Source of the DNA: a virus | DNA: 64,000 nucleotides | IMG/VR virus record: IMGVR_UViG_2814123150_000002 | Location: 5,321 to 69,320 of that record | Reading direction: 5' to 3' (one strand) | Shown here: piece after piece, positions 36,701-46,068 of the stretch | How the letters are laid out: every line of letters begins with the position of its first letter | Position numbering within the stretch: the first letter of the stretch is position 1 | Notes under the pieces: model-generated | Told to the model about the DNA's origin: nothing | Database searches by the model: none | The model's input: the letters and a program-made list of their open reading frames with translations, nothing else | Program-made: the position numbers and the translations under genes

Positions 36701-39700
36701 GACTGCCAACGGCATGGCCGCGCGGGTGTCGAAGGTCGAGACCGATGTGTCGACACTGGACGGCAAGGTTACTGCCCAGGCATCCCAGATCGGCGGGCTG
36801 CAATCGAGCCTCACCACTACCAACGGCAACGTCTCGGCTGCTCAGCAGGCTGCGCAGGATGCGGCTACGCTGGCGGGCGGGAAGGGCAAGGTCATCGTTC
36901 AATCGGCAGCGCCTGCTGTCGCGGACCGTTTGGCGCAAAACCTCTGGATCGACACCACCAGCAACGCCAACACCCCGAAACGCTGGAGCGGTTCTGCTTG
37001 GGTAGCGGTAACGGACAAGGTGGCCACTGATGCGGCTGCCGCGGCCGCTGGCGCATTGGCCTTGGCACAGACTAAGGCCGACGCTTCTGTAGTCAGCAGC
37101 CTGACCACCCGCGTCAGCGATGCCGAGGGCAAGCTCACGTCGCAAGCCACCCGCATGGACGGCATGCAGACCAGCATCGACGGCAAGGCCAGCTCGCAGG
37201 CGCTCCAGCAGGTCACCAGCCGCGTGACGGCGACCGAGGACAAGGACAAGGCCCAAGATCAACTCATCAGCTCGCAAAGCCAGGCGCTCACATCGCTGAC
37301 TGACAGCGTGAGCAAGAAGGCTGATGCATCGGCTGTGCAGTCCTTGGGTAATCGAGTAGAGGTTGCCGAAGGGGCGCTGAGCAGCCAGAGCACTGACATC
37401 ACGCAGTTGAAAAACAGCGTTGGTGCTGCCCAACCATTCGTGGCTGGCCGTGCCTGGGAGTTTACCGGCTCGACCAAGGGCTGGGTGGCGACCGCTACCA
37501 ACGGGACGATAACCGCGGGCCCGCTGTTTGCTACCGTGACTGCAAACCCGAACCTTCAATGCAATTTCACCCCAATCGTTGCAGGCGCAGAGAACCCCTA
37601 TCTGCGGATCAGGCTACGCCGGCGTAATACCAGCCGGGCGGGTGCTCAGATGTATTGGGCGAACGAAGACGGTGGGTTGGCCGAGGCAAGGCGCTTTGGG
37701 TGGTTCATCAGCACCACCACCACGGATTGGCAGGACATCGAGCTTGACCTATCCGGCCATGCCGGGTGGAACGGCAAGAAAATCTACGCCATCCGCCTGG
37801 ACATGATGAACTCTGGCGACACAAGCGGCGAGATCGATATCGCTTACATCGCCGTTGGTAGGCGTTCCGCCTCGGCCTCGGCAGAAGCCGTGTCCACTCT
37901 GAGCAATGCGGTTACCGAAGCAGAAGGAAAGCTATCCAGCCAGGGCCAGTCGATCGTGAGCTTGCAGGGTGGGCTCAATACGGCCAACGGTAATGTGTCA
38001 GCCGCGCAGAAGGCTGCCCAAGACGCATACAGCCTCGCTGATGCCAAGGGCAAAGTGATCGTCCAAAACTCAACACCTTCAGCCATTAACCAGCAGATCC
38101 AGAACCTTTGGATCGATACCACAGGGGGCGGAAACACACCGAAGCGTTGGAACGGCTCTGCATGGCAGGCAGTCTCGGACAAGGTAGCCACGGACGCCGC
38201 AACAGCAGCGGGCAATGCCCTGAGCCAAGTGGCGACAAAGGCTGATGCCTCTACCGTTCAGAGCCTCACGAATAAGGTAGAGCAACAGGGTACAGCCATC
38301 ACCGCCGCTGGCGAGGCGATTACTGGTATCAATGCATCGCTCGGCCAGGTTGGCGGTGAGAACCTGCTGCCTAACCCTTCGTTTGAGGTAGAAGGGCCAA
38401 CTGCTGGCCTTGCTGATGGCTGGCGGGTCGGCTCCTCACTGGCTGCACCTAATCGGCTCCTATCGTTGGTGCCGTCAACCTTGGATCCTCGCGGTAAAGC
38501 GCAGCGTGTCGATGCCAAGGGACTGTCCGGCTCTGCGTATGTGGACGTTGCGCTACCGAACGCAAGCTGGGTATCCATGGCGCCAGGGCAGGTGCTGACA
38601 GTGTCGGCGTATGTCCGGGGAACCCAGGATCTGGTCAGCGAGATCTATCTGCAATACAAGAACAGCGGTGGGGCCACGGTCGGGACGCATGGGCCGCTTC
38701 GAACCATTCTGAGCGACGCATGGAACCGACCAGTCTTCACGGGCGCTCCCGCTCCAGCTGGGACGATTGGGGCGGACCTTCTTTTACGCGTCAGAGGGCC
38801 TTTGGGTGGTACTGCCAGTGACGGCTACTACGAGATTGATCGCGCCCAGGCTGAATTATCCACCTTGGTCAGTGCCTGGAAGGACAACGCCAAGAACGCT
38901 CAAAGCGCAGCGCAAGCAAACGCCGTAGCGATCAGCAGCGTATCCGGTCGCGTATCCAACACGGAGGAGGGCCTGACATCAGTCAGTGGTCGGCTAACTC
39001 AGCTGGACAACTCGATCGGCGACGTGGGCGGGGAAAACCTGTTCTACAACCCAGCTTTCACAAAACTGGGTGCGGCTACAGGAAACAACCCTGACGGGTG
39101 GGTACCGGAAGGGACGGCAACCTATACGCCGTCAATGGTCAGTTCCTGGCTGAACGCTGCTGAAAATGCATATCGATGCAGTACCACCGGCGTTGGCAGC
39201 ACGGCATCAGGTAACCCGTACACTTCGCTGGTCACAGCCAGCGAGAGAGCACCTGCAGTCGCGCCTGGTCAAACTGTTACCTCGTCGATCTACGTACGGA
39301 AGACGTCAGATTCCGGCGACTTGGGGATGAGGATTTTTCACCAGTGGATCAACGCCGCCGGTACCGTAATCAACGCGCCTGCGACGGCAGTTCTCCCGAT
39401 GACTGTGGACGGGGACCGCATATCGTTCACATCGGTCGCTCCGACAGGTGCTGCCAAGGTTCGGGTTTTCTACCGGGCCCACGCGGCGATTGGTGGAACA
39501 GTGGCCGGTACGTTCGAAGTGGCCAGGCCACAGATCGAGTACGGTTCACGCCCCACGGGCTGGCGCGACAATGGCCAAGTTAATAGCAACGCGATCGGCG
39601 CCGTATCTACGGCAGTTGATGGCCTTACCTCCAGCGTTAGTCAGCAGGGCAAGGACATCACCTCTGTGTCTGGCAGAACGACCAGCTTGGAGAACAGCGT

Positions 39701-40976
39701 CAATAACGGCTCCACTGGCCTGGCCAGCAAGGCGTCGACCGCAGCGCTGACCAGCGTGGCCAACCGCGTCGCTGCTACGGAAAGCGGGTTGACGGCTCAG
39801 TCCAGCAGCATCACTAACCTGGAGGCGAAGATAGGCAACGCTCTGCCATTCGTGGCTGGGCAAACCTGGGAGTTCACAAACTCAGTCGAGGGTTGGAAGG
39901 CCAATACATCCGGGGCAACCCTGACTGCTGGCCCTCAATATGCAACTGTCGCCAAGTTCACGACCATCCAGGTTACCAACACATTCCCGGTTATCGATGG
40001 TGCCGAGAACCCGTTGATCCGCATCAGACTGCGCCGTCGTAACACCGGCCGGGCGAGTGCGGCTATGTATTGGGCCAACGAGGATGGTGGACTTGCCGAG
40101 GCTCGGCGATTCAACTGGCCTATCAATACCTCGAGTGCAGACTGGCAGGACATTGAGTTCGACCTCTCTGGCCATGCTGGCTGGAATGGGAAGAAGATCT
40201 GGGCCATCCGCCTGGACATGTACAACTCGGGGGATGCCAACGGTGAGGTGGACATTGCCTACATCGCAGCCGGGCGCAGGTCAGTGGCTGCGTCGGGCAG
40301 GGCGTTCGATTCGCTCAGCGTCAACGTTTCCCAGCAAGGCGACAAGCTGGCTGCAGAAACTCAGCGGATCAACGGTTTGCAGTCCTCTGTCGGAGACGCC
40401 AACGCCGCGATTCAGAGCGAGGCCTCCACCCGGGCAAGTGCTGATGCGGCAATGGGCAAGCGAGTCGATGGTGTCCAGAGCAGCTTGGGTAGCACCAATG
40501 CCGCCGTACAGCAGATCAGTACCGCCCAAGCCAACCTGGATGGGAAGGTCAACGCTACCTGGTCGGTCAAGCTGGGGCTCACCTCGGGCGGCAGCTACTA
40601 CGCCGCCGGCTTCGGCCTGGGCCTTGAGAACCAAGGCGGGACGTTCCAATCCAGCTTTGTCGTGCTGGCAAACCGCTTCTCGGTGCTGAATCCCATAGGG
40701 GAAGGCCTCGTCAACATCTTCACGGCGGAAAACGGTCAGGTCGTCATGAACGACGCCCTGATTTCAAAGCTCACCGTGCAGCGGGCAATTGTCGGTAGCT
40801 CGATCAACTCGTCTGAACTTGCCAACGATGGAACACCGATCATGCGAATGGACTTCGCCTCGGGCACGCTGATCCTGCTCAACAAGGCCGCAACGGCCTA
40901 CACCGTTTACAACAGGAGGGGTATCGACATGGTCATCAACGGTGTCCGTCGTATCCGCATGGGCGAGTGGGATTGA
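33798..40976 (+). CDS. Central tail tip/host-specificity protein J with duplicated internal modules
   Basis: GAKGG N-terminus, WTNNPA, FnIII-like region, DUF1983-like C-terminus. Confidence 0.93.
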   Translation: MGPVDHLEIVGAKGGESQPKQAVESPDSLRSTNIAKILLAVGEGEFDGVPTDRDIYLDNTPIADASGNVNFPGVKWEWRPGSVEQGYIQGIPSVENETSVNVELRSDNPFTRALSNTQLSAVRVRMSWPRLAKQESNGDTIGYRIEYAIDIATDGGAYVEAHVGAVDGKSTNGYQRSVRVNLPKATSGWMLRVRRLTPNANSGTVADTMTVAGYTEIIDQKIRYPNTALLYIEFDAQQFQNIPAVTVKCKAKRWPVPSTYDPITRTYSGVWDGTFKLAWTNNPAFVTYGLCVEDRFGLGKRIKPWMVDKWEMYRIAQYCDQLVPNGVGGQEPRFLCDMNLQGRAEAWTLLRDLSAIYRGMVYWAHGSLFMQADMPRAQDIDYVFTRSNVIDGEFVYGGAERSTHYSRALVSYDNPANNYDTDVIPVTDNALQRRYRDRPIELSAIGCTRASEAQRRGKWALLSNSQDRTVTFKTGMEGRIPLPGFVIPVADELVAGRPNGGRISSAAGRVVTLDRDTPIKAGDRLIVNLPNGTAQARTVHSVAGRAVTVTTEYSLQPEPELQWAIDYDDLAVQLFRVLKTTRTQEGNYEITALEFNPSKFPAIDTGAKLDERPISVIPVTTVAPPASVSLSSGHMIDQGIAVSTMTIAWPAVAGAVAYDVEWRKDNGNWVRLQRTGAASVDVVGIYAGAYLARVRSVSAFDITSIWKSSNLTQLSGKEGLPPAVTFLTTESLLFGIGIKWGLPAGAEDTERTELWYSEGTDLGAATKLADLAYPQSEHVMQGLRAGQRFFFWARLVDRSGNVGPFFPVAPTVVTGIASADAGPILEQIKDQITESELGKELTSKIEKIALIDGNGPGSVNERIGTAKTELAKQISDVNNALGTVKGNLEQQITAVSADVSAAKTELQQQIANVSALAGSLPYRKDKAYTVGQSALGSDGKLYQALKAVPLNTPPPNATYWTDVGQAVVTANGMAARVSKVETDVSTLDGKVTAQASQIGGLQSSLTTTNGNVSAAQQAAQDAATLAGGKGKVIVQSAAPAVADRLAQNLWIDTTSNANTPKRWSGSAWVAVTDKVATDAAAAAAGALALAQTKADASVVSSLTTRVSDAEGKLTSQATRMDGMQTSIDGKASSQALQQVTSRVTATEDKDKAQDQLISSQSQALTSLTDSVSKKADASAVQSLGNRVEVAEGALSSQSTDITQLKNSVGAAQPFVAGRAWEFTGSTKGWVATATNGTITAGPLFATVTANPNLQCNFTPIVAGAENPYLRIRLRRRNTSRAGAQMYWANEDGGLAEARRFGWFISTTTTDWQDIELDLSGHAGWNGKKIYAIRLDMMNSGDTSGEIDIAYIAVGRRSASASAEAVSTLSNAVTEAEGKLSSQGQSIVSLQGGLNTANGNVSAAQKAAQDAYSLADAKGKVIVQNSTPSAINQQIQNLWIDTTGGGNTPKRWNGSAWQAVSDKVATDAATAAGNALSQVATKADASTVQSLTNKVEQQGTAITAAGEAITGINASLGQVGGENLLPNPSFEVEGPTAGLADGWRVGSSLAAPNRLLSLVPSTLDPRGKAQRVDAKGLSGSAYVDVALPNASWVSMAPGQVLTVSAYVRGTQDLVSEIYLQYKNSGGATVGTHGPLRTILSDAWNRPVFTGAPAPAGTIGADLLLRVRGPLGGTASDGYYEIDRAQAELSTLVSAWKDNAKNAQSAAQANAVAISSVSGRVSNTEEGLTSVSGRLTQLDNSIGDVGGENLFYNPAFTKLGAATGNNPDGWVPEGTATYTPSMVSSWLNAAENAYRCSTTGVGSTASGNPYTSLVTASERAPAVAPGQTVTSSIYVRKTSDSGDLGMRIFHQWINAAGTVINAPATAVLPMTVDGDRISFTSVAPTGAAKVRVFYRAHAAIGGTVAGTFEVARPQIEYGSRPTGWRDNGQVNSNAIGAVSTAVDGLTSSVSQQGKDITSVSGRTTSLENSVNNGSTGLASKASTAALTSVANRVAATESGLTAQSSSITNLEAKIGNALPFVAGQTWEFTNSVEGWKANTSGATLTAGPQYATVAKFTTIQVTNTFPVIDGAENPLIRIRLRRRNTGRASAAMYWANEDGGLAEARRFNWPINTSSADWQDIEFDLSGHAGWNGKKIWAIRLDMYNSGDANGEVDIAYIAAGRRSVAASGRAFDSLSVNVSQQGDKLAAETQRINGLQSSVGDANAAIQSEASTRASADAAMGKRVDGVQSSLGSTNAAVQQISTAQANLDGKVNATWSVKLGLTSGGSYYAAGFGLGLENQGGTFQSSFVVLANRFSVLNPIGEGLVNIFTAENGQVVMNDALISKLTVQRAIVGSSINSSELANDGTPIMRMDFASGTLILLNKAATAYTVYNRRGIDMVINGVRRIRMGEWD

Positions 40977-40979
40977 ATC

Positions 40980-41282
40980 ATGCCCAGTGGACTGGAGATC
41001 TACGGCTCTGACGGCCGACTGCTCGTCAACATGACGATGTCAATCAGTCAGCACCAAGGGGATGTTGTCACCAATGCAACGGGCGGGGCGATAACCCTGC
41101 CCGGTATTCCAGCGGGTAAGCGGCGGTTCTATATCGTCGTGCCGCTGGTCGATACGCAGCAATGGAAGGGCAAGAAACCGGGCGTGACAATTTCAGGCAA
41201 TACGCTGTCCTGGCAATACCAACACTCGGTTTGGTTTGGTCAGTTCAGCGCGAATTGCAGGATCTACTATGGCTACTATTAG
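40980..41282 (+). CDS. Tail-tip accessory protein
   Basis: MPSGLEIY..DG motif after J. Confidence 0.75.
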   Translation: MPSGLEIYGSDGRLLVNMTMSISQHQGDVVTNATGGAITLPGIPAGKRRFYIVVPLVDTQQWKGKKPGVTISGNTLSWQYQHSVWFGQFSANCRIYYGYY

Positions 41283-41290
41283 GAGGTGAA

Positions 41291-42145
41291 ATGCCTGTCG
41301 GATTCCAGGCTTTCAAAGAAGACGGCACGCTCCTTTTTGATATCGACCGAATATCCTACGGCTTATTGAAGAGTGGATATTTGGACTTGGTGGATAGGTG
41401 GGGTAGATTTTACATACGATCAAATAATCTCCCTCCTAACGAAGAATCAAGTTGGAGTTATAAGCTGTTTCAAGATCCTATTTGCGGCATCACTGTTACG
41501 GGAGCGATTTCACCTATCGTTTTCCTCGTAGGGGATGGAAAACCATGTGGCGAATCGGTCAACGGCAACACTAGGACGCTATATTTCAAGGGGTGCTCGC
41601 CCAATACGAAGGCGTTCATCTTTGATCTGATGCGTGATGTGGGCGAGAGGACCGGCATGGAATGCTACGACGCGACAGGCCGACTGAGCTTTACGACTGG
41701 TATGCCACCGCTCAACATTATTGCTGCCGTAGACCCACCCCCGATCAATCCGCCGGTATCACCGAATACCGACACGCGCTGGACCCCCTACTCAGGCGGT
41801 GCAAATGAGAGGTCTGGTACCGAGTGGTCTGCCACTGACTATATTCAGCCCAGAGGAGCCGTATTTGTACCGGTCGTTTCGGGCGAGCTGGCGGCATACC
41901 TGACATTTTCAAGAATTTGCATCCTTAACGAAGGATTCGATCTTGGAGCAGGCACCTATAGGACGAACGCGAATGAAGGATGTGGAGGAGCCTCAGGTGG
42001 CGTGAGGTTCTTTTTCAGCCCCGCGGTTGCTACTAGTGCAGCTCAATATGGCAGTTCCTATACATCATGGAACGACATTCCAACTGACCGTCAACCGCAA
42101 GCGCTTGTAATTCGAGCGAGCGATTACCCATTTCCATTTAGATAA
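41291..42145 (+). CDS. Tail-tip accessory protein
   Basis: MPVGFQAF..DG, GMECYDATG motifs. Confidence 0.75.
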   Translation: MPVGFQAFKEDGTLLFDIDRISYGLLKSGYLDLVDRWGRFYIRSNNLPPNEESSWSYKLFQDPICGITVTGAISPIVFLVGDGKPCGESVNGNTRTLYFKGCSPNTKAFIFDLMRDVGERTGMECYDATGRLSFTTGMPPLNIIAAVDPPPINPPVSPNTDTRWTPYSGGANERSGTEWSATDYIQPRGAVFVPVVSGELAAYLTFSRICILNEGFDLGAGTYRTNANEGCGGASGGVRFFFSPAVATSAAQYGSSYTSWNDIPTDRQPQALVIRASDYPFPFR

Positions 42146-42162
42146 CCAAAGAGGAAACACCC

Positions 42163-42384
42163 ATGCCCTATGTAGCTATCAACCTGGCCAACGACTATGA
42201 CGCGGCCAACAAAACCCGGTATGCCACCCAGGAAGAAGCCGACGCCCGCGCCCGCGAGATCCTGAACCAGTTCCCGACCGCGCAGGTTTGCGTGGCCCAG
42301 GTGCTGAAGGACTACAGCGCCAAGGTCTCGATCACCGCCAAGGAACCCGCAGCAGCGCCGGAGCCAGAAGCCCCGGCCGCTTGA
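42163..42384 (+). CDS. Hypothetical protein
   Basis: RBS GAGG; terminator at 42403-42428. Confidence 0.7.
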   Translation: MPYVAINLANDYDAANKTRYATQEEADARAREILNQFPTAQVCVAQVLKDYSAKVSITAKEPAAAPEPEAPAA

Positions 42385-42442
42385 CCGGCCTCGTTCAAAT
42401 CCAGCCCGCCCAGAGCGGGCTTTTTTTCGCCCGGAGAAACCT

Positions 42443-42889
42443 ATGACTACACCCCGCGGTGTACGCAATAACAACCCAGGGAACATCGATTACAACCCGC
42501 GCAACGCTTGGCAGGGGCAGCTGGGCCTTGAGGTGGGCGTGGCCAAGCCGCGCTTCGCCCGATTTGACCATCCTGAGAACGGCATCCGCGCCCTGGGCAA
42601 GCTGCTGCTCAACTACCGGGGCAAGGATGGGATGCCCGGCGTTGGCCGGCCTGGTATAGAGACCCCGCTGGAGTTCATCAACCGGTGGGCGCCGGCGAGC
42701 GAGAACGACACCATTGCCTATGCCCAAGCCATCGCCAAGCGCCTGGGCGTCGGCGTGCGCGACTCGATCGACATCTCCAAGCCGCAGATCCTGCGCGAGT
42801 TGGTGGTCGGCATCATCGTGCACGAGAACGGCACCAATCCGTATCCGTCGACGCTGATCGATGAGGGCATCAGGCGGGCCCTGGCATGA
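42443..42889 (+). CDS. Putative endolysin (RNNNPGNI 'P5/virion protein' family)
   Basis: RGVRNNNPGNI, RWAPASEND, HENG; directly before spanins. Confidence 0.65.
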   Translation: MTTPRGVRNNNPGNIDYNPRNAWQGQLGLEVGVAKPRFARFDHPENGIRALGKLLLNYRGKDGMPGVGRPGIETPLEFINRWAPASENDTIAYAQAIAKRLGVGVRDSIDISKPQILRELVVGIIVHENGTNPYPSTLIDEGIRRALA

Positions 42890-43263
42890 GCGCAGCGGTG
42901 ACAGTTCTTAAGGCCATCCCGCTTTGGCTAATACTGGCCCTGGCCGCCGCCGGGGTTATCTGGTGGCAGCACGGGCAGATCGGCAAGGCCCGTGCCGATG
43001 CCGCTGAGCAAGCGGGGCAGGCCGGTCAATGCAAGCTGGCACGCGACAACCTAGAGGTACTGGTCGGCGAACAGGGCAAGGCGCTGGGCGACCTTCAGCT
43101 GGCAATCAGGCAACGCCAGGCCGCCGCCGAAAAGGCGGTAGCCGATGCGCGTGCCAGTGCACAGTCCGACTATCAGGCCGCCAACCGCATTCAGCAGGAG
43201 CGCACAGGCGGCGACCAGTGCACGGCTGCCGCCTCGCTCATCGACAAGGAGCTTGGCCTATGA
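42886..43263 (+). CDS. i-spanin (Rz-like)
   Basis: N-terminal TM plus coiled coil. Confidence 0.7.
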   Translation: MSAAVTVLKAIPLWLILALAAAGVIWWQHGQIGKARADAAEQAGQAGQCKLARDNLEVLVGEQGKALGDLQLAIRQRQAAAEKAVADARASAQSDYQAANRIQQERTGGDQCTAAASLIDKELGL

Positions 43264-43544
43264 CCATTGCAAGCCGATCCCTGCAAGGGGTGGGGGTGCT
43301 CGCAGGCTTTCTCCTGCTTGCCGGCTGTGCACGACAGGCCGAGCCAGAGATCCGCACCGTGCGCGTCGAGGTTCCCGTGCAGGTCCCTTGCCGCACGCCC
43401 GACGTGTCCGTGCCGCCCTGGGCCGCTGCCAACCTGCGCAAGACCGACAGCCTGGAGGTGAAAGTGCGGGCGCTGCTCGCAGAGCGGAGACAGAGGGTCG
43501 GGTATGAAAAGTTGTTAGAGGCCTCACTATCAGCGTGTCGTTAA
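43260..43544 (+). CDS. o-spanin lipoprotein (Rz1-like)
   Basis: LLAGC lipobox, VPC..P, terminal Cys. Confidence 0.75.
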   Translation: MTIASRSLQGVGVLAGFLLLAGCARQAEPEIRTVRVEVPVQVPCRTPDVSVPPWAAANLRKTDSLEVKVRALLAERRQRVGYEKLLEASLSACR

Positions 43545-43559
43545 TCGCCGCTGTGTACG

Positions 43560-44171
43560 CTAAAACTCAAGAGATGCCCAGTGGTCGATCGATTTCGCGT
43601 CCACCTTTCTCGTGAGCCGATTATAAATATCAGTTCGTATTCCGCCTTTCTGTCCCATTGTTATGACGTTACGCGCATATTGCTGCAGGGAAATTCTCAT
43701 GAAGTCGTTAGAACTCAAGCCCTTAAGGTGAAGCAAGGTCTTGTAATCTGCAAACACCTCCGCGCCCACCAAGTCCATTTTCCGCTGCGAAGTTTTAAAA
43801 TTTTTCTGCTTACTGAAGTCAAGAGCGTGCATCAACTCATGGTGGAGGGAGTTATATCTCCAAAGCCGAACTGCGCCTTCGTGAGAATCCGGAGGCAAGC
43901 AGTTTTCGTTGATGAATATTGCGCTTCGACCCCTGCCATCTAGGAGAAAATTTACGGTGACGCCGCCAGCGCCTTCCATGCCATAGTTTTTCAGATCAGC
44001 AGTGTCGTCGTTGAAGTAAAGCTTTTCGTCGTACTGAACCCCGCATAGATCCAGAAGATCGGTGCCTTCGTTCATCTTTTCAGGTGGCACAAGATAGACG
44101 TCGCGTGTCAGGCCTGCGTATCTACCGGCCAGCTCATCATATGCAGCTTCAAAAAAATCAGCTCCAAGCAT
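43560..44171 (-). CDS. HExxH zinc-metallopeptidase-like moron
   Basis: HHELMH plus downstream EVFAD; AT-rich. Confidence 0.7.
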   Translation of the reverse strand: MLGADFFEAAYDELAGRYAGLTRDVYLVPPEKMNEGTDLLDLCGVQYDEKLYFNDDTADLKNYGMEGAGGVTVNFLLDGRGRSAIFINENCLPPDSHEGAVRLWRYNSLHHELMHALDFSKQKNFKTSQRKMDLVGAEVFADYKTLLHLKGLSSNDFMRISLQQYARNVITMGQKGGIRTDIYNRLTRKVDAKSIDHWASLEF

Positions 44172-44239
44172 AACGTTAATCCATAATTGGTGTAGGTCTT
44201 AAATTGCATTCTGCCACTCGTGCAGTCTCTATCACCAGA

Positions 44240-44386
44240 TCCAAAGCAGCCATCCGCGCTGCCATGGTGCTCTCCGACCTACTCGCACGGGCTGATGCTC
44301 GAGCGGGAGAGCTGGCGAAGGCTTATGACCAAGCCCAAATAGCAGGACAGCTGTTCGAGGCGTCCTATAATGCCCTGACCAAGTAA
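44240..44386 (+). pseudogene. 3' remnant of a DUF2514-type spanin
   Basis: AAMVLSDLLARADARAGELAKAYD..AG...Y.AL without its N-terminus. Confidence 0.65.
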
Positions 44387-44397
44387 GGATATCCCCG

Positions 44398-44622
44398 ATG
44401 GACAAGGATGAATTTGCCGCTGCCGTAGAGGCAGGCGAACCGCTTATCGCGCAGTCGATGGAAGCTCTCAAGCGGTACTGGGAGGCGAGGGACTATGGCG
44501 CGCCGGCCGAGGAGGTAGAGCGTTTGCGGCTCCATTCCGAGTCCTTGGCCCAGGCGGTTTCTGACTACCAGCTTCGCACCGTCTCCAAGCTCATGGGCAA
44601 CAAACTGCCACCGCTGCACTAG
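44398..44622 (+). CDS. Hypothetical protein
   Basis: 74 aa, RBS AAGGA. Confidence 0.7.
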   Translation: MDKDEFAAAVEAGEPLIAQSMEALKRYWEARDYGAPAEEVERLRLHSESLAQAVSDYQLRTVSKLMGNKLPPLH

Positions 44623-44670
44623 CGCACCCCGCTTGTCGGCAGTTGCCGACCCTATTGCAGGTCACTACCA

Positions 44671-44690
44671 TACTGTTCATTCATACAGTA
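44671..44690 (+). promoter_or_regulatory. LexA (SOS) box
   Basis: TACTGTtcattcatACAGTA. Confidence 0.9.
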
Positions 44691-44704
44691 TGGAGGCCCC
44701 GCTA

Positions 44705-45070
44705 ATGAACACCGCCCTAGACTTCGAAATCGACGACATGCCCCAGCTCAGCCTGGACCAGCTGATGCAGGTGCGTGCGCCCTGGACCTATCTGGTCAAG
44801 ATCGAGGGTGAGAGCATGCAGGGTATTGGGATGTACTCCGGCGACCTGCTGGTCGTTGATCGAAGCGTCGAGGCCAAGCACGGCGACATCGTGATCGCGG
44901 CGGTGAACGGCGAGCCGGTCTGCAAGCGCATGTGCCATGAGCACGGTGTGCTGGTCCTGCGGTCGGAGAACCCAAAGTACCCGTCGCGGTACATCATGGA
45001 GGGCGATACGTTCGAGGTATGGGGTGTGGTCCGGTTCAGCGTCCGGGATCACGACCGTATAGCAGGGTAG
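44705..45070 (+). CDS. UmuD'-like S24 protein (HumD-like)
   Basis: GESM, GDLLVVDR, CKR; SOS box; no N-terminal arm. Confidence 0.85.
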   Translation: MNTALDFEIDDMPQLSLDQLMQVRAPWTYLVKIEGESMQGIGMYSGDLLVVDRSVEAKHGDIVIAAVNGEPVCKRMCHEHGVLVLRSENPKYPSRYIMEGDTFEVWGVVRFSVRDHDRIAG

Positions 45071-45309
45071 GGGTTGGATTCGGCAGAACGCCGGAAGCGG
45101 GCGGCCAGCCGTACAATGTGTGTTTACGAACGTAAAAGCGCATGGATTTCATCAACGGCATACCCTACACTCCGCGCAAGGCGTAATGATATTGTACGTG
45201 AACGAAAAGCGTTTGTGCTTTCGCCTGTCCACATGCTCATCGCATGTGATTCGGATCGGCGTGGCAGCCGTCAATGTCATCCAGAATTGAGAGGTTAGGA
45301 GTGGGTCAG

Positions 45310-46068
45310 GTGTCAGGATCTGGGGCAGGTAAAGTTCTTCCGTCAAAGCTTGCAAGGGAGCCGATGATCGAAGCCGTCTTCGAGATGCGTTTTGAAAGCT
45401 CTGCGCCGGTGGCGGCGATGCTACCTGGCATTTTGTACAGTAAGCTGAACGGCTCGCTGTCCATGGAGCAGTTGCCTCCTCACGCCCTGCCGAAAGAAAT
45501 GCGGGATGCTGATCCTAACTTCATGCACGTTCCGCTTACAAAGTGCAGTTGGGGTAACTATTGGATCTTGATCGGCGATCGTATTTTCTCCGTCGCATCA
45601 AAGCTTCCTTATGCCGGATGGGCCGACTTTCTTCAAAAAATTCAGATGGCTTTCGGAGTGGCTCTCAATACGGGGATGATTACTACCGTTAGTCGATGCT
45701 CTATAAAGTACGTAGATATTCTAAATGCAATCCCGCTTTCGCCGATTGATTGTTTCAATATGAAGCTCTCCGTCGGAAGTGTCGGGAGTGCGGATAATTT
45801 TCATATCAAGATTGGTGCGGCGCGAGATGGTATATCGCATACGGTGCAACTGATTTCTAATGCTATGATTGAGCTTTATGGTGGTAAAGAGCTTCAAGGT
45901 CCGTTGATCGACGTTGATTCTATCCTCGATATCGCCGCAGAGGATTCGAGCACCTTTGCGATTAAGTTAGCGGAGCGGGCTAATGCGCTGCATGAAGCGA
46001 ACAAAAGAGCGATTTTCGATGCTATATCGGAATCTGCTCTGAGCTATCTGGAGCCAACCTATGAGTAA
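45310..46068 (+). CDS. TIGR04255 family protein
   Basis: LPSKL..EPMIEAVFEMRF, Y.GW..F, R.SIKYVD, LIDVD, LH...K.IF. Confidence 0.75.
   Translation: MSGSGAGKVLPSKLAREPMIEAVFEMRFESSAPVAAMLPGILYSKLNGSLSMEQLPPHALPKEMRDADPNFMHVPLTKCSWGNYWILIGDRIFSVASKLPYAGWADFLQKIQMAFGVALNTGMITTVSRCSIKYVDILNAIPLSPIDCFNMKLSVGSVGSADNFHIKIGAARDGISHTVQLISNAMIELYGGKELQGPLIDVDSILDIAAEDSSTFAIKLAERANALHEANKRAIFDAISESALSYLEPTYE

Larger units (their letters stand above)
1..45250. mobile_element. Lambdoid/HK97-like siphovirus prophage (left end outside window; right end approximate)
   Basis: Canonical order of early genes, cI/cro, replication, Q, terminase, HK97 head, lambda-like tail, lysis, umuD-like gene. Confidence 0.95.

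Noticed and set aside
33798..42145. Diversity-generating retroelement or invertible tail cassette
   Set aside because: No reverse transcriptase or invertase nearby. Repeats in J are in-frame direct domain duplications with differences not restricted to adenines.
45080..45270. Exact attR of the prophage
   Set aside because: Only short repeats (GAACG(T)AAAAGCG twice) are visible; attL is outside the window, so no core can be defined.
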